From assembly GCF_964355755.1 (NCBI RefSeq), contig NC_092676.1:1431788-1495787 (forward strand): DNA of 64,000 nucleotides. The letters run 5' to 3'. Positions 27,366-40,285 of the stretch are shown here, piece by piece (within the stretch, counting starts at the first letter, position 1; each line of letters opens with the position of its first letter). The notes beneath the pieces are model-generated. The model had not been told where the DNA came from, did no database searches, and worked only from the letters and a program-made list of their open reading frames with translations. The position numbers and the translations under genes were made by a program. The DNA comes from Antedon mediterranea (lineage: Eukaryota; Animalia; Echinodermata).

Positions 27366-29666
27366 ATCCTACTGTCAAACTACGCAAACGGTACCCTTTG
27401 ACCTTTTAAATCCATTTTTATTTCAATCGTAAACTGGTCTGGTAGGTGCTGTCAAACTTATCAATGTCAGTCTATTCAGATAATACCTTTACTCATAGTC
27501 GCATAGTGAATATTGGATGGGTAACCCAGAGGTGGCCAAGCCATCGTCATACACTACAACTCAATCTTTGTAATTCCTTGTCTGGTTTCAAACCGTTTAA
27601 ATTGAAAGAAAAAATAGAAAGACTAAGAAATTCAGTCTCTATAATTGTGAATATTTCTTGAAAAGATGTTTTCATATTAGAATAGTTTAATTTGTAGATA
27701 GATATAGGCAGAAGTAGAAAAGAACAGAAAAAAAACTTCTGTACAAAGAATTTGTATTGGCAAATTATCGGAAAAAATAATTGAAAAAGACCAAAAAAAT
27801 GGTAAGAAATCTTTTAAATGTTTTTTTTTTTCAAAATCGTTTTTGCTTTCATTCCAGCCATTAATGTGATATATTTTTTGTATAAAGTTATATTTAATGT
27901 AGAATTGTATGCGAATGGTGCGTTGGAAAATTCATAATCCCCAGCTGCGTGTACATATCACCAGAAATATGATCTTCTAAACAAAATGCGAATAGCTGCA
28001 ATGCGCGTGTATATTATGTATAATGCAATTCATACCAAATATGCGCAGCATGTATAGACAATGTACAGTGTATAAAATTCAAATGATAATGTAATAGGGC
28101 CAATAGACAATATATTAACAATATTGTGATACACAATGGTTTGTTTTGTGTTTGATTTGACTGATAGTAATAACGTATTGTAGCTGGATATAGAGCTCAG
28201 CTCTATGACATATGTGCCAAAATGGTTTCTTTATACGAATAAATGGCAGTCAAGAAACATTAGCTGTACACATGTTTCTATATCTGCTGATGTTATTGTC
28301 CATATGATTTTACCAAATATTCCCGGAATAAAGATACAGTACTTTCACATCGTGCCTGGATTCGGTTCAGCGGCCTAAGAAAAATATCGCGAGCGTCAAG
28401 TGTGCTTTCACGTCGAGCACGAATTCAGTCAAGCAAGGTTCTTCATGCTCACTAATTCGATTGTACGATTTAAGAAAACAATCGCTTCTTGATCGCTACT
28501 AATTCAGAGCCTGAATCCGGTTTTATCGCACAAATTTGGTGTGAATGATCTGACCCCATTTTCCACGAAATCCAGTTATATTTAGTAAGTAGAGATGGTT
28601 TTGTTTTGTTTATTTACTAACCAGCAATATATGCTACTGAACAGACAACATGTAAAGAAAAAGAACATGCTGAAATATTCACACAATTAAATACATTTTG
28701 CTTGAATAAATAGCTTACCTAAAATGGCAACTTCTTTAAATATTGTACTAAAAGGCAAGTTATATATAAACTCCTACATACTTAAGAAACCATAAATATG
28801 AATGAACCATAACATGAATACCCTTTAGTTTACAATATAATACTGTATATTAATGTAAATACAGTATTAAGCTGTACACAATACTCTAAAGTACTACTGT
28901 ACAAAAAGTTATAAAAAATTACACACTTTGGTTGATATCTTAACTACTGTATATACTGTATCTAGTTATTTTGTATTTCCTCTACTGTTATGTTATAATA
29001 ATCAAAGGGGTTGTCAACCGGTTTTCTTCATTGGATACTGTATAGGCAGGTGGGTGTGAGTGTTAGTGTTAGAGCCCGTTCGGACGGAACAAATTTACGT
29101 GTGTGGTGTAAATTTTGAGATAAACTTGCTGTTTTAAAAATCCACCTCGCCTTTTCAATTACACCTTAAACCGCAAGCTGATTAACCGCAAGATAAGGAG
29201 CAATTTGACCTTAATAGTGTAAAGAGATGCATGAAATATGACCTTCACATGTGTTAATTGTTCAAATTGTTCATCGTCCGAATGATCACGGATTACGCAT
29301 GTAACGTTACTTACACATGTAACTGATTTTCGTTCGAACACAGCCATATAGATCTAAGAATGATATCCGTTAGTTCTTATCTTAGTTTTGGTCTTAATGA
29401 TTTGTCTCGGATCTTGTTTTCTAGATTCATTTAGGGGCGTCAAATGCTGTAGCATGTTCCATTTCAAACAGATTTTAATTAAATTACCATGGGTTATATT
29501 ATATATCAGGTCCTCCCGAGTATGAAGAAAAGAATCATCAGGTCCATATTGAGGTAATACTAAAGATAGGTAGTATTTTTTTGGCAAAAATACTGCATAT
29601 CAAAAATTATTTGGCATCCCTATATTTTATACAGTATATTTGCCAATACTGACAATAGTGTGGTAT

Positions 29667-32600
29667 CTATTTTGCAACCATATTATCTCTGCCATGCGGT
29701 GCATTGAAGTCCAGCTCTGGTCCAATAGCAACAATGCCATTTGGGTTAATGTGTCTATGGCTAACCTGCAATATAAACAGTTTGTCTTTAGTCAGGACAA
29801 ATCCAAACTTTTTATTTAAACGGTTGAGCACTAACATAATATTAATTGTCTGTCAAAAATGGATATAAAAAGGTTAGTTAAAAAGGAGAGCATGTGCTAG
29901 GTGTCCAACCCTGGATCAAAATTGAATAACAAGGGCAAATGTTCTTAATTACCAACACATAAATAATGCCACATATTTGTGTAATTAGATGTAAATGTTT
30001 ACCTGATAATGTTCTTGGATGTGTTGTTGGTCCACTGTGTCTGCCATGCCTTTCATCTGATATACCTCTCTCGTATAACCCCACATATTGGGGTAATCCA
30101 TCACTCTCTTTTTATTACACTGTCAAAATAATTTATAAGATTATTGAGCCGTTGTCGAACATAATACTGTAATTGTAGTTTTTGCTACCAAACTAGTTTG
30201 ACAAAAAAAAAGTGATGTGCCCAAATATGTTAGTGATCTTAAATATGGTAGTTCTATGACATCATTATGTCCATATATGGCCACATCAAATTTTTTTGTC
30301 ACATGTTAGGTGAGGTAATTTCCTGCATCATCGCAACCAAAAACGGTACTGGGTTTGGTCTACTCGATATGATTCAGTTCTACTTAACTCTGTTCTATCC
30401 TAATTACTGTGGTAGTGATTTTTTGTTAACTAACCTTAAAGTGGCCCACGTAGACGGTGTCAAACCTCACAAGAGTGTTAAATAGACGGACGTCGGCTTC
30501 AGTGAATGTATCGCCTGTTAGGTAACGATTCTTTGACAGCACGTCTTCAACCTGTAACAAAATGTATTAAATTTAAAAGTTTGATCGTGAGAAGGCCAAA
30601 ATGAACCTGGTGCTAACTGCATATCATTAGTACTTCAAACCCTGGTTAGTGACAATAAGGGCTATGCCTATACTTCAGTTTACCTGTTGGCATGAACCCC
30701 CTCTCTCCCATTTTCATTCATTTTTTATAAATTCAAACCTTAAATGTACAATTCATTTTATTACCCTGTCAAGATTTTCAAATAGGATTTTAACACCATT
30801 GTTGTAAGCTTCCTGAGTTGTGGCAAATCCAGCTTTGTAGACGGCCTGAGTGACATTCCTGTACACAACAAAGAAAACGTAAACCAATACGGTATTAAAT
30901 TAGTATTCTACTTGTCTGTGTTTTATGCCCTTTTTATTTCTAGTTTATTGTTCATTGTTTGCAGAATGTTTCTGACTTCTGTTTACATAGTTCTGTATGA
31001 ATGAATATAATATCTGAATATTCTATGAATTTAGAAAAGCATATAATAATGAAACACTTGTTCAAGTCTGGTTACTATAAAATATTTTAGCACATTTAGA
31101 CACGTTGTATATTGTATAAATTTAAGCTGGAATTTATGGGATAAAAATTCCTGCGGTGGCGTTTGGTATTCAAAGTGAAGACTTTTTATAAATTTAGAAA
31201 GAAAATTCACAAAATTTTTACTTATTTGGCACGCTTAAATAAAAATTATTAAAAAATACTTACGGCGTAACCCATTCATTGACCTCGTCAATCTTGCCTC
31301 TCAGCAATTTCGGATAGAGGTCCAGATTCTTCTGTTCATCTGTAGCACAAAATTCATTAAATTCGCTGTTAAACATTCGCAGTATGTCCGCCGATTCATT
31401 GCTGACGATGGTGTTTTCCTTTTTGTCCCACAAAACTGGTGTAGATACTCTACCAGTATAATCTACAAAAAAATAAGATATATCAATTATGAGGTGGGAA
31501 AATTGGAGACATATCCCTGAATGGAAATGGTCCCCTCATTTTTCAACGGCATACCTCTTGCGTTGTACAGGTACTCTCAGAAACACAGTTTGATGTGGTT
31601 TTGCTTCCCTGATGTTACCCCTCCATCACCCTAACATTAAAAACGGATTGGCAATATGTTGGTAATAGTGCTGCATGGAGTAAACATGGGTGCAAATTGT
31701 GTGATCTCATCGTAACTGTGGGTAGGTATTAAAACATTTAATTTTTATATAAAGATTAGTTGTCTATTACTGTGCCACTACTTACTTGGGTTGGCTTTCA
31801 AGTAGATATCTCTGAGATATTTGGCATTAAACAGTGGATCAAGTGTACACTTTGGTCTCTGAAAATTGGGGAACAATGATACAAATTAGCAATTTGAATC
31901 TCATATCTACATATGTTCTGGTGTATTACTCATGCATTTAAAATTTAAATACAGTAATCTATTGGCACATCAATCTAAAGTATGTGGTCATGTCATAATA
32001 TAGCTTTTTTATTTATTTATTTATTTGTGCTGGAAGTTTTTGCTGGGTGGTTACTGGTGCTCAGCTACTGGCGTCAGTGTCCTGGGTTCAAATCCTTGTC
32101 CTGTGTGTGTGTACAATGAGTGAATCCTTGGCAATTTTAAATGTTAAAATAAAAAAAATTACTATGGATTTTCGTACCTGGTCCGTAAAAGTCCAGCCAT
32201 TTGGATCCAGTCTGATGTAATCAACGCTAGTCATAGAGATAACGTCCTCAAGGCCTTTAAGTTTGCGACCAACAACACAGCGACTAGCGAAGGGACATGC
32301 GTATGAAATGTAGAGATGATAGCGGTCACGTTCAGATTTGAATCCACTGCTGCCGTCCGCTGTAAATATTAGGGAAAAAATTGTAAAAACATAAAATGCA
32401 AATCATTTAATTTTTTTACCTTTTTAATTTAAATTTATTAACTTAGATGTATTGTTCTTGGCCCCTAAAAACATGAAAAATGAAGATTAATAAAATCGGA
32501 CTTTAAATAGGCCATTTTGTAGTTTTAATAAAGTTATTCATTTCTGTAGAAAAAAAAAATATTATTTCACTTATTAAAGTATAATGTTTTGCTTTAAATT

Positions 32601-33161
32601 ACATTTTTTTCAGGTGAATTATTTTTTTTTTTTAAGTTTAAAAAGCATAATAGGGTAATGCGCCTCCATAGTAACTGTTTAATTAACTGTATTTTCACCA
32701 TTGTATTTGAAGAACCCGCATTATTTTTAAGTATTGTACAGTACAAACAGGTTGACGCACTTTTGCTAGTTGAACTTTTTCTAGGTCATTTCCGTTCCAT
32801 TTTCACAAGGCTGTTTTATCTATATGATCGGAGTTATCACAATACGGAAATTTATTATCAATACTATGTTTAATTCATTTTCCTGGTACTGTATTTGTTT
32901 TATTTTTAATATTGATGAAATTTCTCCAGTTTAATACGTAAGAATCAATGAGCGAACACGCACTCATCAACCAAAGCTCAGACTCACTCGCTGATCATCA
33001 CCCAGCTCACTCAGCACGACACAACCAATTCTCATTTGTCTCCCATCCAGGTACCACGACACCCAGGGACCAGCAGTAAAATTCTTACCTGTGATCCACT
33101 TTGTAAACTCCCCATCTGCTTTCACAAATTCTCCTTTAGCATTAGTAGACGGCAAAGACAT
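29667..33161 (-). CDS. Glutathionyl-hydroquinone reductase (Xi-class GST), paralog B, complete, 317 aa
   Basis: Eight exons: 33161-33089, 32359-32178, 31858-31786, 31462-31264, 30858-30765, 30551-30435, 30119-30003, 29765-29667. Motifs [75 protein letters not shown]. Exon lengths 94/117/117 match paralog A. Confidence 0.94.
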
Positions 33162-33492
33162 ATTTAAATGCGATATTGTTGAGAAGAAAATAAAATTACA
33201 TCGAATACGAACTGACGCCGATAACCAAAATGGCATTTATTATTAATCCGTAATTTGATACATACGCCAAGCGCGTCATTTATTTTGATATAAAAACGCC
33301 ATCTATTGGGTCGCCAATAACTAGGTCAAAGTTATTGGTTAAAATGGGATTATGGAACTATTGTGTGTAGCCCATATTTTGATAAAATTATCATCAGTTA
33401 AATAAATAATTTAAATCTTGTACGTTTTTATTAAATCATAGAGATATTAGAGTAGAGATATTATAATATCTCTGATTCAACCAAGGCCATCT

Positions 33493-33650
33493 ACTAACAA
33501 CAACGCGGAGCTCGCCTTGCCAACTCGTAACAGTCCTTTGATCTTTTGTCTGGCCGCGACAAATACCAACAGTACTGGACTATGTATATATTTCTCTGTA
33601 AGGGGCGGGTAACAGATAAACCTTTGATCTCCGGAGCTCAGCATCCTGTT
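33493..33650 (-). mobile_element. Dispersed repeat family 3 copy
   Basis: GAGCTCGCCTTGCC..TCGTAACAGTCCTTTGATCTT..CAGATAAACCTTTGATCTCCGGAGCTCAGCATCC. Confidence 0.7.
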
Positions 33651-34269
33651 AGTCCTGTTTCCCGTCGGTCTGACAGAATTAAATTGTCTATTAGATGGTT
33701 CTATTTATTTTAATAATAATAATTAATAAAGGTACAGTATTTCATTTTGTTTACACATGATTTTTTTTAATTTTTACTATAATGATTTGAATGAACGTTT
33801 TTATCTTAAATTTAACTTCTTATTTAGTAGTTTTTACTTGGCGTACTAGGCCTACTTTCTTTATATTTTTGACTTCAAATTTCCATGACTACAAATTAAC
33901 ATCTTTTTATTATTACGGCAGCGTATTCCAGACGCAACCCCATCTCTCCACGCAATCCCACATTCAAAACGGATAGGCACCAACATTGAGGCAAGACAAA
34001 AACCATTCCATACCATAATAGCAATCATTTATTGATATATACAATATTTTAGTTGTGTTTATTATTAGTTTTCATAAGTGTTTAAATTATGTTTTGAGAA
34101 GCTAAAATGGAAAATTAAATATTTCAATCTTTTGGAAACGAATCAATCTTATAGATTGAATTGCACTCCCACAGGTTTGAATGGTACTCTTGATGGATTG
34201 AATTTCCAGGTTAAATATAAATATTGTTCTATTACAAGCCTCAAGGCAGAGTGTCCAGTCAATTTATAA

Positions 34270-35176
34270 TGTGTAGTTAAACCACTGGGCTAGTCATTTA
34301 TAGAGTGTGTAGTTAAGCCACTGGGCTAGTCATTTATACAGTGTGTAGTTGAAACCACTGGGCTAGTCAATTATACAGTGTGTAGTTAAGCCACTGGGCT
34401 AGTCATTTATAGAGTGTGTAGTTGAAACCACTCTGGGCTAGTCATTTATACACTGTGTAGTTGAAACCACTGGGCTAGTCATTTATAAACTGTGTAGTTA
34501 AACCACTGGGCTAGTCATTTATACAGTGTGTAGTTGAAACCACTGGACTAGTCATTTGTACACTGTGTAGTTGAAACCACTGGGCTAGTCATTTATACAG
34601 TGTGTAGTTAAACCACTGGGCTAGTCATTTATACAGTGTGTAGTTGAAACCACTGGGCTAGTCATTTATACACTGTGTAGTTGAATCCACTGGGCTAGTC
34701 ATTTATACACTGTGTAGTTGAAACCACTGTGTAGTTAAGCCACTGGGCTAGTCATTTATACACTGTGTAGTTGAAACCACTGGGCTAGTCATTTGTACAC
34801 TGTGTAGTTGAAACCACTGGGCTAGTCATTTGTACACTGTGTAGTTGAATCCACTGGGCTAGTCATTTGTACACTGTGTAGTTGAAACCACTAGGCTAGT
34901 CATTTATACACTGTGTAGTTGAATCCACTGGGCTAGTCATTTATACACTGTGTAGTTAAGCCACTGGGCTAGTCATTTATACACTGTGTAGTTAAGCCAC
35001 TGGGCTAGTCATTTATACACTGTGTAGTTAAGCCACTGGGCTAGTCATTTATACAGTGTGTAGTTAAGCCACTGGGCTAGTCATTTATAAACTGTGTAGT
35101 TAAGCCACTGGGCTAGTCATTTATAAACTGTGTAGTTGAAACCACTGGGCTAGTCATTTGTACACTGTGTAGTTAA
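34270..35176. repeat. 36-37-bp minisatellite, ~25 copies
   Basis: TGTGTAGTT(G)AARCCACTGGGCTAGTCATTTATACAS. Confidence 0.95.
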
Positions 35177-35567
35177 AACCAACCATAGTCAACTTATCTT
35201 TATTTTGTGTACCAGTGAAAAGCATGCAGTAACTTAACAATTGTACCCTGTTATTTCATGAAGTGAATTTGGGCTAGTAACATAAACAGCTAACCAGCCC
35301 AGTGTGCAGAGAGGAAAAAAATATAGAATTGACTTTTCACTATTGACAACAATAATACAGTAATAATTTATTCCTTTGAGCAAAACCAATTCATACATGT
35401 TAGTTCCACATATTGACGTACTTTGAACAATACTCAACACCAAAGTGTGCATGCAACGGGGCAAGTGGTAAGAAGTAGACCCAGCGACAATCTTAAATTA
35501 ACTCCAGTAGCAACGGGCAAGTGTCGGGTTTGCTTACTTTCAGTACAACAACAGTTTTTAATTTTTT

Positions 35568-37010
35568 TCATGTGTCTTGGTTCTTTTCATGTTGCTGTTT
35601 GCCCACTTCATCTATTTCGCGTTCCCAGTTACGAGACGTGTTCTGAAATCCGCTTTTGGATTTGTTGAATGACTTTGGTCCAGCAGACGTCGGAGTATCT
35701 CTATATTAACAACAAGTAGGTCATTATCAACATTTACATTATCTTAAACTCTGTTTACAATATCAAACTTGACAATAAAATGTGATGTGCCCATATTGGG
35801 ACATGATGATGTCATATCATTAAAACTAGTTTGATAGTGTAGACAGAGCTTTAGAATAAGTTCTATTCTATTTATACAGTATTTCTATAGGATTCATATT
35901 TTATAATGAGCTGCCACAATAGATTAATTTCTTGTATGGTGTATTATACAAGACCAATAAAGCTTTCTGTATTTTTGTATTTGGACCTACCTGCCTATAT
36001 TTTTCATCCTCATTTTTGCTGATTTTGGCATTTCTTCAACATCCTCCTAAAATAATTCAGAGATTGTTTAATGGATTGCCTATTGTACTATTCAAGGTAC
36101 TGGACGCTGGGAAACAGAACATGGAATCTTAAAAAAAACCTTTAATTGCTTTTGGTAATTTGTATCAGAGAACGCTAAATAAGCATTCATTAGTAGTCAC
36201 ATATTATCTTACATCACTACTGTCTTTAAAAGCCGCAGCAACTGAAGAGCTTTGTACTGGTGGCAAGGGATCTGGCTCCTTAAGTTTCTGAAAAAAATAA
36301 AAATGTTACAAACGATAGATTTAAATTGTTTATTTTATGATCACTCAGTTTAACCACACCAGAGGTCAGAGGTCAGAACTGCTGCCACTACTACATTCTA
36401 TAACAGGAACATTATTCATTCATAATTCAGAAGCCTACCTGAGAACCTAGTTTCATAGCAATTGAATTTGGTTTCTTGGTCATTGTTATCTGCATATTCT
36501 TTTTTGTAGAATCTGCTGAGACTAAGTTAACCTTTTAAGAAATCAAGACAAAATGATGTATTAATAAATTATACAGATAAAAAAGATGGTAATTAATAAA
36601 ATAACTTTCTTTTATTTGAAGTCTTTTAAAATCTTTTTATTCGAAGTCTTTTCGGACCAGGTTGATAGTGTAGACAGAGCTTAAGTACTGTATTGCCAAG
36701 TAAAGTTACTCACTTTTGGTGTAAAACTTGGCGAGACTAATTTCACCTTGAAGAATAAGCCGTTAGTTAGTATGTTATGAGAAAATGAGATGACGGCTTG
36801 ACATTGACCTTATCATGATTGTAATGAAAGGAAAGAAAACGAAGAAATAAGATTGAATGATAAAGAATAAGGCAAAACAGATCAACTTACTTTAGGCACT
36901 GCTGGCTTGGCAGAGAGGTTGATGCTAATACCACCAATTGATTTCGGTTTCTTTTCATCATCGTAAGTGAGTGTTTTAGAGCTCTTTCTCTTCACGGCTT
37001 TAGCTTCCAT
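35568..37010 (-). CDS. PCNP: PEST proteolytic signal-containing nuclear protein, ~169 aa
   Basis: Exons 37010-36891, 36746-36714, 36531-36439, 36287-36213, 36046-35991, 35700-35568. Diagnostic segment [37 protein letters not shown]..WER. Confidence 0.9.
35747..35850. mobile_element. MITE family 1, deleted copy (PCNP intron)
   Basis: TIRs present; TTA/TTA flanks. Confidence 0.75.
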
Positions 37011-37559
37011 CTTGGTCCAGCTGCCAGGTGAGTCAGGTTGCGTCAGTTTGTTTTAGTCTGAAGTTGAAACAACTGGTAAACGTGAAACTCGATCTTACCT
37101 GCATTCTGTTGTTAACTGCATTTCAACATGAAAACAAATAAATATTTTATTTGTTTTTTTTTAAATTATTGTTTTTTAATATTTATTAATATAAAGACCA
37201 TGAGTTTGTAAGTTGGGTCTCTCCCTCTTTTGGTTTCATCTCTCCCTTCCCTAAATGAATGCTTGGAACAGGAATTTTCCGGTACAATAGTCCTAGGCCT
37301 AACCAGCTGCTGTAGTCTAGTACTAGACTGCTCCATCTCGACTGAATAAATAAGGGCCTAAATCTACCAGCAGTTTTTAGGCCTCTAGCTAGCCAGTTGA
37401 GTTAGTTGAAATTAAAGGCATAATTAAAAGTCCCAGAGGTTTACATGCCGGTCTAGAAATAATATTGCATCATATTTACAAACCAAAAGGAAAACACCAC
37501 GAAAAACACTCTTTACTTATGATAATTTAATGATGATGATGAGCTGGAAAAAACACAAC

Positions 37560-37800
37560 TCTCACAAAACAACAACAGAGACCAGACCTGGACCACGACA
37601 CCAATTTGGTATCCATGTGTTGAGGGCGATATCACAACAAAATTACGTCGTTTGCACGTCCACACGTTTGTTATGTTTTTCGAAAATAAATAAATAAATG
37701 TTACCTTAAATAAATATTACAATTTTGTATTTCAAGCTTGTGTTGAGATCCTGTGTTGTTTAATTGTAAAAATATAAACTCATAAACGTATTAGAGTAAG
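37560..37800. promoter_or_regulatory. Divergent PCNP/PAGR1 promoter region
   Basis: Head-to-head genes with probable non-coding first exons flanked by GTAAAG/GTAAGT donors; CRE-like TTACGTC. Confidence 0.55.
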
Positions 37801-38265
37801 TAATAATAATTGGTAGCTCTTGTAAAAGATGACAACTTTTATAGGCCTAGCCTAGGCTAGGCCTTCCTTGATTTGTGAATTCCGACGAGCCAACAAACGA
37901 ACAGAGAGGGGCACCGACTGCGGTCTGGTGGTGGTGGTGGCAGGAGGAGGATGCATTGTTGTATATCATGGCCTAGCCCTATAGTATGTAAATCCACTAA
38001 CCAACTACAGTAATAGATTAGTGCTTTTAAGTAGGCTATTAAATCTTTAAATATATACATTCACTTTTTTTTCACCTGGACTGGAGTTCTGAGTTAGTTT
38101 TGTCATATATTTGATTGATATAGACCTAATTATAATTCTACTTATTTTATAAAATAATGAAAATAAACGTTTTCTTATTTACAGATACATCAGACACCAG
38201 ATATGTAAATTTCATAGTTTAATATATAATTTTTTAAGTTTTTGACAACTAAAGATATTGTTAGC

Positions 38266-39663
38266 ATGGCACTGGAAGAAGACTGCGTAAAACAAGAAGT
38301 CACAGACTTAAAATCCACCGAACCAGATAAAAATACAGACACTGCTCAACAAGAGGAGGTTGATGGTAGTGAACAGAAAGAATTAATAACAGAAAATAAA
38401 GATAATGATGTCCCTGTACCAGATGATAAAAGTGATAAACAAATAAACGATGACAAAGAAACAGTTAAGAATACTGAAGAAGATGAAAAGATGGATGTTA
38501 CTGAAGAGAAGGGTGAAGTACAGGAAGAAAATAAAGAAGAAATAAAAGAAGAAGAAAAGAAACAAGAATCGGAGGATTGGATGATAGAATCAAGTGAAGA
38601 TGAGTCTGAAGGAAAAGAGGGTGATATAAAAAGGAGGAAAAGATTATGGGAACCACCTGTAGATGTGATTGTTAAACTCTATGAAGAGTTGGACAAAAGG
38701 GGTGTTCTGGAACTGAACTGGAAATGTCCTGGTAGAAAAGATCTAGAGCAAGAACGAAGGGAGAAAGAAAAAGCTGTTGAAATAGTGACAGAAGAAGTTG
38801 TGGTTCCAGAAGAAAAGTATGCATTATTTTGTCCTATTTGTTTGCAAAATTCAAAATATTAAATACTTGTGTATAACATTGTTTTGATATAATAATTTAT
38901 ATTGTTTTACTAAATACACCAGTATTTTTATTGATTTTAGCTATAGATATATCTATCTACACTACCACATTTTATGTGAATATATATTAATTTTCTGTTA
39001 AATTTTGTTCTTTATGCAGAGAAGAGGAACCAACTGCTTTTGATGACTTTGAGGAAGAGACCACGCTAGTGAAGATAACTCCTCGTAGAAATACAGGTAC
39101 GTAAGATGTCTCCGCGATCTCGTTCGCGAATCTCCACTTGCTCCATTCATCCATCAACAAGGCATTATGGTTATTGTTCTTTTACTTGACCTTTGTCCGG
39201 AATGTTTACCAACATTTAAAACAAGATGTTTTGATGTGTCCTGTACTACCTGGGGTGTAATGTAATGGACTAGTACACATACCTTTGTTTTGCTTTAAAT
39301 TGCATTTTTTCCAGAAATTTTTTTTTTATCCAGTTTTTTAAACTATTATTTTATATATGTGACATTAAAATGTAATATTCAAAAAATTAAACAAACATTT
39401 TTTTAGGGGGACAATATATCTTTAATGATAATATAAAAAAAAATATAATAATTTTTTTGAAAACAGGTGACAAAGCACAAGGAAGTGGGCGGAAGCGGAC
39501 AGCAAAGATGGAGAGCATTCTAGGTAATATGATGCGACATCAGAAGATTGATGAAGATATGGAAAAGGGAAAGACTGATACTGAAATTGATCCAATGCCA
39601 AAATCTGATATAACTCCACGTCGTCTTGGCAAGATTCATATAAGGAACAATATTGACAGTTGA
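38266..39663 (+). CDS. PAGR1: PAXIP1-associated glutamate-rich protein 1 (PA1)
   Basis: Exons 38266-38816, 39020-39096, 39467-39663. Glu-rich N-terminus followed by EDWMIESSEDE, WEPP..IVKLYEEL..GVLEL, FDDFEEE..TPRR and RKRTAKMESILGNMMRHQKID. Confidence 0.82.
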
Positions 39664-39680
39664 TGTTTATTTGTTGCTAA

Positions 39681-39865
39681 AGTCTGGTTCCCACTACGCA
39701 ATGCAACACACGTATTGATGCAAAGTGCTGTATTGCATAATCACAAGTGGAATACGACAACGCAAGTTTGATTTCATGCAGCAGGGGTAAAACACAATTA
39801 TTGGAAGGGCATTTTCTTACGTTGTGTAGGTTGTGTAACATTGCGTCACTAGTGGGGACCAAGCA
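39681..39865. mobile_element. MITE family 2 copy, 17 bp after the PAGR1 stop codon
   Basis: AGTCTGGTTCCCACTA..CTAGTGGGGACCAAGCA with TAA/TAA flanks. Confidence 0.75.
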
Positions 39866-40285
39866 TAAAACAATTTGAATTATCTGCTGAATTTTAAAGC
39901 TTCAGTTGATCAACAAACAATAAAGTTTATGGGTTATGGACAGTAAACTGAGCCATATTTTGTAAATATGAATATGGCCATGGTGACCCTTCAAAATAGC
40001 TAAGAAGAGGAGGGAGGAGGGATAAATTAGCGTAATACCAATTTTGTTTAACTGTCATTTATGTATATTATATTTATACCTGAAGCAAGAAAGAAAATGT
40101 GAGTAAAAAGTGGCGAACACATTTGAAGTCCAAATAGTTACAAAGTCTCCTGATGTATGTGTTTTTATGATAGGAAATATGCCACTAAGTTGTTATCATT
40201 CCTAATAAGGATGATTTAATAAATATTGACATTTGTAATAATTATTTTCTTCTCATTATTTTATCATTTTATGAGATAATTAGTA

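Noticed and set aside
32040-32100. tRNA gene candidates at A/B-box-like sites (also ~26550, 52790, 60760)
   Set aside because: No complete cloverleaf or acceptor stem; treated as SINE heads.
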